From an uncultured Gammaproteobacteria bacterium (lineage in GTDB: Bacteria > Patescibacteriota > Microgenomatia > Levybacterales > GWA1-39-11): a stretch of DNA of 64,000 nt. This document shows, in pieces, positions 1 to 9,100 of this stretch. The position numbers were made by a program, and so were the translations under genes. The stretch is taken from NCBI GenBank assembly GCA_964427615.1, contig CAYRUR010000002.1:17847-81846 (forward strand), in the 5' to 3' direction. Numbering within the stretch: position 1 is the stretch's first letter; each line of letters begins with the position of its first letter. The notes below the pieces were generated by a model. It searched no databases. It was not told the origin of the DNA and saw nothing but the letters and a program-made list of their open reading frames with translations.

Positions 1-37
1 ATTTTATTTTAAAAAACTTTAAGAAAGGAGGGGAAAT

Positions 38-202
38 ATGGCTACAGCAAACGGTAGAGAAATCTACAGAATAGGCAACAAAGCAGCGGGAAACCGTGAA
101 GTTGCGATAGTGGAAGACGGTGAGGAACATGATTTTCCAGCAGAAGCAGAAACAACTTACGCTGACATCAACACTCGTTTTCCATATGAACTAGAGGTCT
201 AG
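38..202 (+). CDS. Small phage protein, 54 aa (MATANGREIYRIG...YELEV), absent from ORF track
   Basis: Open frame ATG38-TAG202 with AAGGAGG Shine-Dalgarno at 25-31, followed by a long hairpin. Confidence 0.7.
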   Translation: MATANGREIYRIGNKAAGNREVAIVEDGEEHDFPAEAETTYADINTRFPYELEV

Positions 203-230
203 CTATCTATACGAATAAGGAACGCTCAAT

Positions 231-266
231 GAGGAGAACTAAGTGATGGTGCACCTAGTTCTCCTC
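231..266. terminator. Strong hairpin (terminator or processing site)
   Basis: GAGGAGAACTA (231-241) is the exact reverse complement of TAGTTCTCCTC (256-266), with 3 more inner pairs. No clear U-tract. Confidence 0.5.
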
Positions 267-284
267 TAAACCATGTAGAACATT

Positions 285-968
285 ATGGCAAAAAAACAGA
301 GTCAAATTATCAACACCCTAGGTGATGTTTTTCAGTTTATGAAACCGTATGCAGGAGGATCAATTCCAGATGCTGAGTATGCTAACTGGAAGAGATGGGT
401 GCAACTAGGACAACAGGATGCAGTCAATAGAGGGTTTTGGCGTAGGCTTCTTATACCTGTATCTTTTCAAATTACTGCAGGAGATGAGGATGCTTTATTG
501 CCTGATAATTTTCACAAAATAAATGGACTCTACGCACTAGATGTTAATGGTGTGGACTGGAATCAACCAAATAACAGTGATGGACAGACATTATATGTGT
601 TTATGGATCCAGAAACTGCCAAATGGAAAGTAAAGTTTAAAGGCTTTACGCCTCAAACTAGTGTTACCGCTACACTTTGGTATTTCTATAACCCACCAAC
701 TCCAATTGATGAGATAGATCCTATTCATCTTGATGGTGAAATGATAGGGTTTTACGCACTCAAAGAATACTTTAGAAAAGCAAGGCAACCCGGTTCACTT
801 GATGATGCTCGAATTGAATATGAAAACAGAAGAGAAGAGCTGTTGAGTCTAGAAGTAATCCCCTCTCCTCAAGAGCTTCTTTCTTGGGGTAGTTATTCCT
901 CATACACAAACACTAACCCTACAGAAAGGCAGTATTACAGAGGTAGATATGGAAGAAGGAGAAGATAA
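285..968 (+). CDS. Putative head-tail adaptor / tail tubular protein A-like
   Basis: 227 aa, directly upstream of the nozzle-like gene; size and synteny match podovirus adaptors. Confidence 0.55.
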   Translation: MAKKQSQIINTLGDVFQFMKPYAGGSIPDAEYANWKRWVQLGQQDAVNRGFWRRLLIPVSFQITAGDEDALLPDNFHKINGLYALDVNGVDWNQPNNSDGQTLYVFMDPETAKWKVKFKGFTPQTSVTATLWYFYNPPTPIDEIDPIHLDGEMIGFYALKEYFRKARQPGSLDDARIEYENRREELLSLEVIPSPQELLSWGSYSSYTNTNPTERQYYRGRYGRRRR

Positions 969-1007
969 ATATGCAGGATTCAGAGCAGAAAAGTAAAAGA
1001 AGGGTAG

Positions 1008-2954
1008 GTGACTTTTGTGGCTAGAAAATATCCTACACGCAGAAAAGATCCTCCTCTTAAAATTACAGGCACACGAGGCTTTTCAAGAGGATGGAATACG
1101 CTTACTCATCCATCTACTATTAGGAATGACGAGTTAGCAGAAGCACAAAACGTACTGTACTCACAAAATGGTGTTCTTTCCAAAAGGCCGGGTTCAATCA
1201 ACATCGGCTCTGCAAGAGGAGCCTCAACTATTATTAATGCCTTATCAGGTGTTTATAGCATTGGTAATCCTGCAACAAACTATCTTTTAAGAATTTCCGA
1301 TGATGGAATACTACAAAAGTATAGCTTTGATTCTGATACATGGATTGATATTGCAGGAAGCCCAACCTTTTCCAATGTTGAAAGCACCATCTTACAAGCC
1401 TATGGGCACGCCTATATCCTCAACAAGAGTGATGCAATGGTGAAGTGGGACGGTTCATCCTTCTTTACTTTTACAGCTCTTGCCAATCCTACAACAGCCC
1501 CCACTCTTGCAAAAACAGGAAGCGCAACAGGAAATCGTTCATATTATTACCGCTATGTATGGTACAACGATGTGGGCAATACTATATATAGTGATTCGGC
1601 TCATTTGGACAATCTGCCTGATGAACTGGATGCTTCCACCTATGTCACACTTACGCTTCCCGCAGCTCCTGCAGGAGCAAAAAAGGTAGGTATATTTAGA
1701 GGTAGATTAGATACTGAAGAAGTATTTTATGATGAGATTCCGGCTACCCAAACAACATATACCGATAAAGGAACAGGAGAAGAAGATCCTCTCTATGGTA
1801 TTCCTACCTCTAACACTACCGGAGGATTTCACTTCAAGTTCGCAGATGTTTATAGAAATACTCTTATTGGAATTACTACAGAAATGGGAGATCACACCCT
1901 TGTATTTTCTGCAGGAGGAGATAAGTTTGACTCTTTTGGAAGAGCAGATGGCGGTGGATACTACTCATGGAGAAGGGATGATGGAGACCCTATTACTGCA
2001 GTACATTCTTTTCAGGAAAAACTATATGTTTTCAAGCATAGAAAGATAGGTGCGTTTGCTTTTGATGAAAATGGTGGAGCAGTAACTGATATTAATCTAG
2101 CAGTTGGAGCAGTCTCCCACAGGTCTGTTCATGCTGCAGGAAATGACTTACGCTTCTGGTCAAGAGATGGAGCCATGAGCCTTGGAAATGAACCTAACTT
2201 CGCTAACATCATCCGCACTCGCATACTATCTGCAAGGGCTGATAAGTTAGTCCAATCCTTAACTGCTGCAGAGTTTGAAAAGATTTCAGGTGTGTACTAC
2301 AAGAATTTATCCTTATGGGGAATTCCTACAGGTGGAGCAGATAAAGGTATTACCTCAACCATTATTTATGATGAACGGTATGTTGCTTGGAGTGAGTGGT
2401 TAGGACTAACTCCTAATATATGGTGCATCTACGTGAATGAAGACAACGAAGAAAAACTATATTACGGAGATGCGCAAAGTGGGCATGTAGTTGAGTGTTG
2501 GAGTGGTACACATGATAGGGGACAACCAATAGTGTGGCGTGTAGCAACAAAACAGTTTGATATGGATAAACCCTTTCAATACAAAACGTTCTCTACTGCT
2601 TATTTCATATTTGGAAACGTTGCAGGAACAGAAACTCGTATTACCTTAGTAGAAGATGGTGTTAGGTCACAAGTCCCTCTTGCTTTATATGCAGATCAAG
2701 GAAATCAAGGTTTTGGAGTAGATCAATGGGGAACAATGGAGTTTGGAGATACTTCAGGAGAATTTACAGGAGAAACATCAGGATTGTTAGTAAGATATCT
2801 CGATCTTGGAAACATAGATAGGTTATCTATGCAAGCTGTATTCCAGAATGCCGGGCTATCAGACAACATAGAACTTATGGGTGTGTACTTTGCCTATTCT
2901 GAAAGTTCTGCTCCTCTTCCGGGCTCTTATCAGCTGAAGAGAGTTGCTAATTAA
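1008..2954 (+). CDS. Putative tail nozzle / stabilization protein (P22 gp10, T7 gp12-like)
   Basis: 648 aa, beta-rich, N-terminal GF.RGWNT...EAQNV...GVLSKRPG pattern; lies before the ejection genes. Confidence 0.65.
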   Translation: MTFVARKYPTRRKDPPLKITGTRGFSRGWNTLTHPSTIRNDELAEAQNVLYSQNGVLSKRPGSINIGSARGASTIINALSGVYSIGNPATNYLLRISDDGILQKYSFDSDTWIDIAGSPTFSNVESTILQAYGHAYILNKSDAMVKWDGSSFFTFTALANPTTAPTLAKTGSATGNRSYYYRYVWYNDVGNTIYSDSAHLDNLPDELDASTYVTLTLPAAPAGAKKVGIFRGRLDTEEVFYDEIPATQTTYTDKGTGEEDPLYGIPTSNTTGGFHFKFADVYRNTLIGITTEMGDHTLVFSAGGDKFDSFGRADGGGYYSWRRDDGDPITAVHSFQEKLYVFKHRKIGAFAFDENGGAVTDINLAVGAVSHRSVHAAGNDLRFWSRDGAMSLGNEPNFANIIRTRILSARADKLVQSLTAAEFEKISGVYYKNLSLWGIPTGGADKGITSTIIYDERYVAWSEWLGLTPNIWCIYVNEDNEEKLYYGDAQSGHVVECWSGTHDRGQPIVWRVATKQFDMDKPFQYKTFSTAYFIFGNVAGTETRITLVEDGVRSQVPLALYADQGNQGFGVDQWGTMEFGDTSGEFTGETSGLLVRYLDLGNIDRLSMQAVFQNAGLSDNIELMGVYFAYSESSAPLPGSYQLKRVAN

Positions 2955-3623
2955 TTACCTGTTAAGACACTCTTTGTAAGCCTTTATGTGGATGTTAGTT
3001 GCTTCTGCCAGGCACTTTCTGTACTCCTCCGAGTCGTATCTAAACTCACTACTTATTACGGCACACTTATAGTTCTTTGAAGATGCAGCATTTTCTGCTT
3101 CTACCTTACATTGATTTGATTTGAGTATTATTGCGTCCTCTGTCTCAGGCAATTCTATGTTTGGTTCTGTTTTAGGAATAGGCACTCCCTCATACTTTAC
3201 TGTGGGAATAACTATCAAATCTCTTACACTTCTACGTGATCCTTGTATGAGTTTTTGTGCATACTCACACTCACTGTTACTGTGAGTTTTGTATATTTCT
3301 CCATCAATGATGCATTCAACATATGGATTTCGCTGGGTTGATGTTGGAACAGATTGTCTATTATTTAATGTTTCTTCAGGTTGAGTAGTAGAAAGATTTG
3401 TCTTTCTAGGAGCAGGGGTAAGCTCTTGGTATTTGTTTTGAGAGTCTGCTTTACTCCGATTCTCTTCAGAGTGAGTACCATTAACCGGAACCCCCGTAAT
3501 GTTTGACTTTGTTTTGTTAGGAATGTATGAGCCCACATATACAGCTAAAACAAGAAGCGCTGCAAGAGAAAGGAAGATAAGTTTGTTAGGTATTTTTATA
3601 TTCATTATTTTAGCAAGCCACAT
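2955..3623 (-). CDS. Membrane-anchored hypothetical protein (moron)
   Basis: N-terminal hydrophobic helix, low-complexity linker, Cys-containing C-terminal region; opposite strand to the phage late genes. Confidence 0.7.
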   Translation of the reverse strand: MWLAKIMNIKIPNKLIFLSLAALLVLAVYVGSYIPNKTKSNITGVPVNGTHSEENRSKADSQNKYQELTPAPRKTNLSTTQPEETLNNRQSVPTSTQRNPYVECIIDGEIYKTHSNSECEYAQKLIQGSRRSVRDLIVIPTVKYEGVPIPKTEPNIELPETEDAIILKSNQCKVEAENAASSKNYKCAVISSEFRYDSEEYRKCLAEATNIHIKAYKECLNR

Positions 3624-3677
3624 ATTTTAAATAGCGAGGTAGTCTAAGAATAGAGAAGCCATATTGCACATTAAAAG

Positions 3678-4352
3678 TTATTTAAAGAGTCCTCTAATCC
3701 AAGAGAGTACGCTTCTGACAACCATAAAAAGGGTAACAACCCCAATGTAGAGGAAGAAAATTACAACAATAATAAGTGAACCTGTTTCAAACAGAGTATC
3801 AGTTGTTGATTTCGTTGAGGTTAGAGTTAACTCTGGTGTAGGGGTTGGTGTAGGACTAGGTGGATACCATTGAGGAACTGTAATAGTCCAGTAGGCAACA
3901 GTTGACCATCTTCCACCAATCGTCTTTTTGACATTAACATACCATGTGCCCGGAGCAACATTCTCAAAGTAAAGGGGGTTACTAGTGAAATCTGTAAGTG
4001 GTCCAGGATCACATCCTGCACATTTACTGATTACAGCACTGTATGCAGTAAAGTTAGGATCTTTGACATCAAAAATAATATTGAAGGTTGATCCATCGTC
4101 ATTTGGAGATGGGTAGAACGATGCTTTGATGGTAGATGGATAAGTTGGAGGAGGAGGTACATAATAAGTATCTTCTTCATAAAAATACCCTCCTCCGCAT
4201 TTAGCAGATAAAGGGGTTCCATCACAACAAGAGGATCCACATACACCACCATGCCAAGAACAACAACCAGAACGGGCAGAAACAGAGGATGGAAGCATTG
4301 AAAAAATTATTAAGAAAGAAAAGAAGATTAATAATATTTTCAAAGTTTTCAT
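3678..4352 (-). CDS. Secreted/membrane protein with Cys-rich N-terminal motif, PT linker and C-terminal TM helix (moron)
   Basis: Signal peptide, RSGCCSWHGGVCGSSCCDG motif, PTPTPTP linker, C-terminal hydrophobic helix. Confidence 0.75.
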   Translation of the reverse strand: MKTLKILLIFFSFLIIFSMLPSSVSARSGCCSWHGGVCGSSCCDGTPLSAKCGGGYFYEEDTYYVPPPPTYPSTIKASFYPSPNDDGSTFNIIFDVKDPNFTAYSAVISKCAGCDPGPLTDFTSNPLYFENVAPGTWYVNVKKTIGGRWSTVAYWTITVPQWYPPSPTPTPTPELTLTSTKSTTDTLFETGSLIIVVIFFLYIGVVTLFMVVRSVLSWIRGLFK

Positions 4353-4365
4353 TTAGATTTGTACA

Positions 4366-4839
4366 TTAAAAGTTGGAGAATATTTGCACAGCAACATCAT
4401 CTTTTGTTGCAATACAAGAATATTTGTATGGTTTTTCTAAAGCTTTTCTGTGAGAGGGTGAATTAAGCCATGATTCAAGAGCTTTATCGTTTTCATACGC
4501 ACGAAAAATCATATTTTCAGATAGAACATAAGGATAACTGTAATATTTATCACGAAATCCCTGATGGTTATCTTCGCCATCATCAACCCTATCTTGTGCA
4601 ATAACACAAAGTCTCTCATCTTTTATATATGGTTGAAAGCCTTGCGATACCCGCCATTCATTGACGAGTGCCGTAAGTTTTTCAGCAGAAAGATGAATAA
4701 CTACCTGTGTTGGAGTTGGGACAGTAGGTGTGCCATAAGAAGTGGGCATTACTGAAGGAAAAACAACAGTCAACATGGTAGCAATTCCTAGTAATAGGAA
4801 GGAAAAAATAAAAAACAATACCGCTATCTTCTTTTTCAT
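4366..4839 (-). CDS. CAP (SCP-like) domain protein (moron)
   Basis: LVNEWR, H..F, SEN and WLNSPSHRKAL motifs of the CAP superfamily; N-terminal TM helix. Confidence 0.85.
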   Translation of the reverse strand: MKKKIAVLFFIFSFLLLGIATMLTVVFPSVMPTSYGTPTVPTPTQVVIHLSAEKLTALVNEWRVSQGFQPYIKDERLCVIAQDRVDDGEDNHQGFRDKYYSYPYVLSENMIFRAYENDKALESWLNSPSHRKALEKPYKYSCIATKDDVAVQIFSNF

Positions 4840-4887
4840 AAGCTTATAGTAAAAAGATTATAGCAAAAAAGTAAAGGAAAGTAAACT

Positions 4888-6135
4888 ATGGCATTAATAC
4901 CAAGAATACAAGATCAATTTAACTGGTGGGATCCTCGTAAATATGAGTTTGGGCTTTCAGAGAAGTTGTCTGATGTCTTTGGTCAAGGAAGAACTGGTCA
5001 GGGAGGGTCTAACATGTTTGGCGATCAGTCAAAAACCACCTTAGTACCTGCCGGTATTTCTGCCAGTGGTCAAACAAAATTTGCTCCAATGGGACAATCT
5101 GGAGCTTATGGAAACACTCTTTATAATGCGAATAATAGACCTAATTACACCGCTTATAATGACACCTCTCCAGGTGGCAACACTAATACTTCTACAACCA
5201 ACCAAAACACCAACAGCACAGACGGAAACACAGGTTTTGTAGACTTGGCTGCTATGGAACGTGCTTCCAGACTAAATGCAATCCGCAACAACCTTAACTT
5301 CATAAAAGATCAGGTACAAAGAAGCATTGGTGAAGCAAGAGGAGTAAGAGATGAAGTAGTGGGCAACATTGGAAAAACCTACTCCAACCTCATAAAAGCA
5401 GCTGAAGGCAAAAGAGATACTTCTCTTGAAAATTTAGGACAAGAGGAAATAGACACTCAAAATACATACGGTAGAGCAAAAGGAAATGCAAGGAGAGCAA
5501 CACAAAGTGCATTACTTAAAAATAGATTAATGGCACGTGCTCTTAACCGTCTTGATTCTTCGTTTTATGAGGACAGACAGCATGAAACTAATTTAGAAGG
5601 AGCAAGAGCACAGTCCCAACTAGGAGACGAAGAAGCAGGAAAGCTTGCAGGAATAGGTACACGGAAAACTGAGGTAAAGAACTGGTTTGAACAACAATCA
5701 GCAAATATTGAACAAGAACGGGCACAACTCGAATCTGAAGCAGAGAGAGATTATCAAAGACAGGTTAATGCTGCACTTGATACTGAACGTGGTTTCTCTC
5801 TTGACTCAGTTGAACAAGCAGAGGAAGCAGAAAGAACTTTTGCTTCAAGACTGAATCAAATTAGAGAATATATTCAAGGCAAAGCATCACGTATCGCTGA
5901 AATTGCAGCTAGTGCAGGTAACTACGATCAATCCATTTCATCCTTTGAAGCTGTAAACCCCGCTCTAGCAAGAATTTTATCTAATATGCAAGGACTTAAT
6001 ATGGCTCAAAAAGTTATTGAAGGACTACCCACTTTTACTAATGTAACTGATTCTGGGCAAGACATAGGCTTTATGCGTGAAAGTAAGAGAGACGACTATG
6101 AAGAAAGGTTAAGAAGGTTTGGACTATTAGCATAG
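4888..6135 (+). CDS. Putative ejection / internal virion protein
   Basis: 415 aa, G/N/T-rich N-terminus and a long helical coiled-coil region; located between nozzle and large ejection protein. Confidence 0.55.
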   Translation: MALIPRIQDQFNWWDPRKYEFGLSEKLSDVFGQGRTGQGGSNMFGDQSKTTLVPAGISASGQTKFAPMGQSGAYGNTLYNANNRPNYTAYNDTSPGGNTNTSTTNQNTNSTDGNTGFVDLAAMERASRLNAIRNNLNFIKDQVQRSIGEARGVRDEVVGNIGKTYSNLIKAAEGKRDTSLENLGQEEIDTQNTYGRAKGNARRATQSALLKNRLMARALNRLDSSFYEDRQHETNLEGARAQSQLGDEEAGKLAGIGTRKTEVKNWFEQQSANIEQERAQLESEAERDYQRQVNAALDTERGFSLDSVEQAEEAERTFASRLNQIREYIQGKASRIAEIAASAGNYDQSISSFEAVNPALARILSNMQGLNMAQKVIEGLPTFTNVTDSGQDIGFMRESKRDDYEERLRRFGLLA

Positions 6136-6147
6136 GAATTATGAAGT

Positions 6148-9100
6148 ATGGGTTTTTTAAACGATATCCTCAAGACTCTCAAGCGTAACACCCTTGATAA
6201 AACTGACCTTGACGAAAAGGCAGGAAGTTTCATATCCCAAAACGTAACTAGGCCGACAGTAAGAGGGTTGTCCGATATTAAGAACTTTATCAAAAGCCCT
6301 CAATCCATTGATTTACCTGAAGTTCCAGACTTTGCAAAGAGAGTAGGGGAGATAAATACGCCTTTTGGTAACTTCCAACCTCTTCCTTTTGTTCGTGATG
6401 TTGTTAATGAGCCTTTTAGTTTTGCTGCTAACACTGCATCTGACTTAGTACAAGCAGGAGTTAGGCTTGCCAAACAAAAACCCTACACACAATATCAAAA
6501 CCTCAAAAGTCCTGCTTCAAAGTTTGGATATAACATAGGGGCTCTTGCAAACCCTAGATTAAAAGAGCAGTTAGGTATTAAAAATAACCCTCAAGAAGTA
6601 ATAGCAAACGTTGCAGAAACAGTCATGGGTCCTCTATCAGTGTATGGGGGAGGAAAAATTTTTAGTACAGGAAAACAAGCACTGAAGCAATCAGGAGCAA
6701 AATCTCTGCGAAAAATACTAAAAAAAGAAGCGAAGATCAACGCCAAAATAGGTGGTTTTTATGGCTCTATGAGTGGGTTGGCAGAGGGACGAAATGATGA
6801 GTTGGGAGATCAACTTGTTAAAGGTGCAAGAGGTGGAGTAACTGGCATTATTGGAGGTGGAGCATTAGGAACCGCAATCCCCCTTGCAGGAGCAGGCACA
6901 AGACGTGCGTTAAACAGTCATAACAAAATGATGCGTGAGGAATCTCTTGAGCAATTTGCAAGAAACTTACCCAAATATTTAGAAACCCCTAAGCTGGATC
7001 CAGTTATTGCTAAATATAAGCGAGCATTGCAAGTTGATAAGCGTACAGCAAAAGAAATAAAGGAGGCAATATACCAAACATTTTCAGGGTACTTGGATAA
7101 AGGAGCTGATATACTAGACCGCTCAACAAAGGAATTTCTACCCCAATTTGATAACCTAGATCCAAGATCAAAAGCACATATTTGGGCTTATATCTTAGAC
7201 AGAAAGCAGAATCTAGGGAAAGTACCACCTCACCCACTTATTCAGGATTTGGATAACGCAATATTTAAAGTAGCAGGATTCGATGTTAGACAAAGTGGAA
7301 CTTTCGCAGGGCCAAAAGCTGCAGAATGGGCATTGAGAAAAACAGGAAAATTCACAAATCTTATGGACAAAAAACCACGTTTTGAGATTGATGATAGGAA
7401 ATCAAAGGTAGATTTGGGTGAAATATATACAAATGGATTTTACTCTGCAAGCTTAAATAAAGTACTCAAACACCCTGAATTGTTTAAACAATATCCAGAA
7501 CTTAAGGACATAAAAGTTAAGTTAGAGCCTCTAGATCTAGGAACAAATGGGTTTTATGATCCAAAAACAAATTCCATAACTATTAATGAGTTAGCAGTAG
7601 AAAGCGTTGACCCAAAACAGTTACTGCTTCATGAGGTTCAACATGTAATTCAAGGAATTGAGGGTTTTGCAAGAGGTGCAAGTGTTGGTATGGATGAAAA
7701 GGAGATTATAAGGAAATTCAGGCCAATGGTAGAGAATCTACCTGCATTCAGAGATTTAAAAACAGAGGTAGAAAAAAATGATTTCATTATCAATTTTGCA
7801 AGAAGTCAAACTAGATCTAACGACTTAAGAGAACTTGCTTATGATGCGTATAGGAAAAGTTCAGGAGAAATAGAATCTCGTTCTGTTGAGAACCGCATGG
7901 GTATGACACCTGAACAAAGAGCAACTACACTTCCTTACTCAGATCAAGGCATACCACTTAAAGACACCATTACACGACTTGATGACGGTTCTGTACAAGA
8001 AGATATCCCTCAAAACATACGAGAAATAGGAGGGAAAATAAAAGACTTTATTACTAGAAACTTCAGTAACAGGGAAAATACAAAACTTGAGTTATTTGAA
8101 GCACAGCCCAAAACAGTAGCTTTTATTCAAGAAAAGCTAGGTATTGATGTATCTAAATTTAAGCATACGATTGATAGTTTTGATGTTAGACATGCAACAA
8201 ATCGTCACTCAGCATTTAACAAAGGAAATCTTCAAAAAGGAGAAGTCCCTTTAACAATAGAAGACTTTGAAAATGTACCTCTTATACTTTCAAACCCTGA
8301 TAACATTAGACTTTCTTCAAAACCAACCAAACAGGGGAATTTTGCAATCATCTATCAAAAGAGAATTGGAAACGAAGTTTACTACGTGGAGGAAATACGA
8401 AACTCTTCAAGAACACTTGCATTAAAAACGATGTATAAACAAAAACCTTCCTCTGTAAGTTATAGTCTTGAAGACCCTAACTTTGTACGTCCGTCTGAAA
8501 AGACCCCGACTTCGGAAGGTAATGAAGGTATTATACCACAGGTTAGCAAGACTTCACAACCTATTAGTAACTTGGGGAATTTGTCCAGGCAACAGCTATT
8601 AAAAGTACAACCAAGAACAGTACGATTACAAGAACGATTGAACCCAAATAATCTTTCAAGTTCCAATCAGGTCCTTCCTGAAGTTCCCAGTAGTGTTTCA
8701 TTAAATGATAGTATACCACAGCTACCAGCACCTATGAATAGAATCGCTCTGCCAGGAGGGTTTGTCGCTAGAACTCCAGGAGAAGCAAAGCGTTTATTTA
8801 AAAAGACAGGACAAGCTCCTGAGTTAGATTTTTCTTTAAGAAATAGTAAAAAACCAATAGAAATAAAAGGGGAAGCTCAGTTCTATAATGCAGAACCAAA
8901 TTCAGCGAAACTTAAGATAAGATCACAAAAAGCAAAAGAGAATCAGTTTAAAACAGAGTTTGATGAATGGCAAGATCACTTATTTGATACCACAGGAGCT
9001 AGAACAGTAAAAGGAGCTATAGATGATGTGGCAAAGCTTATGGGAGAAGCAACAGAAGCAGGACAACGTAGAAGTTTTGAGAATACAAGCACAGGAAAAA

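Noticed and set aside
7999-8013. Third IPQ linker (EDIPQ) as another antisense promoter
   Set aside because: The reverse complement (TTGAGGGATATC) lacks the TGTGGTATA.T box, and no downstream ATG or structure was found; at most a decayed copy.
8460-8666. 68-aa minus-strand ORF from the ORF track
   Set aside because: TTG start with no initiation signal, and it runs across the antisense promoter and RNA. The 8701-8564 frame has a matching promoter and a coherent TM helix.
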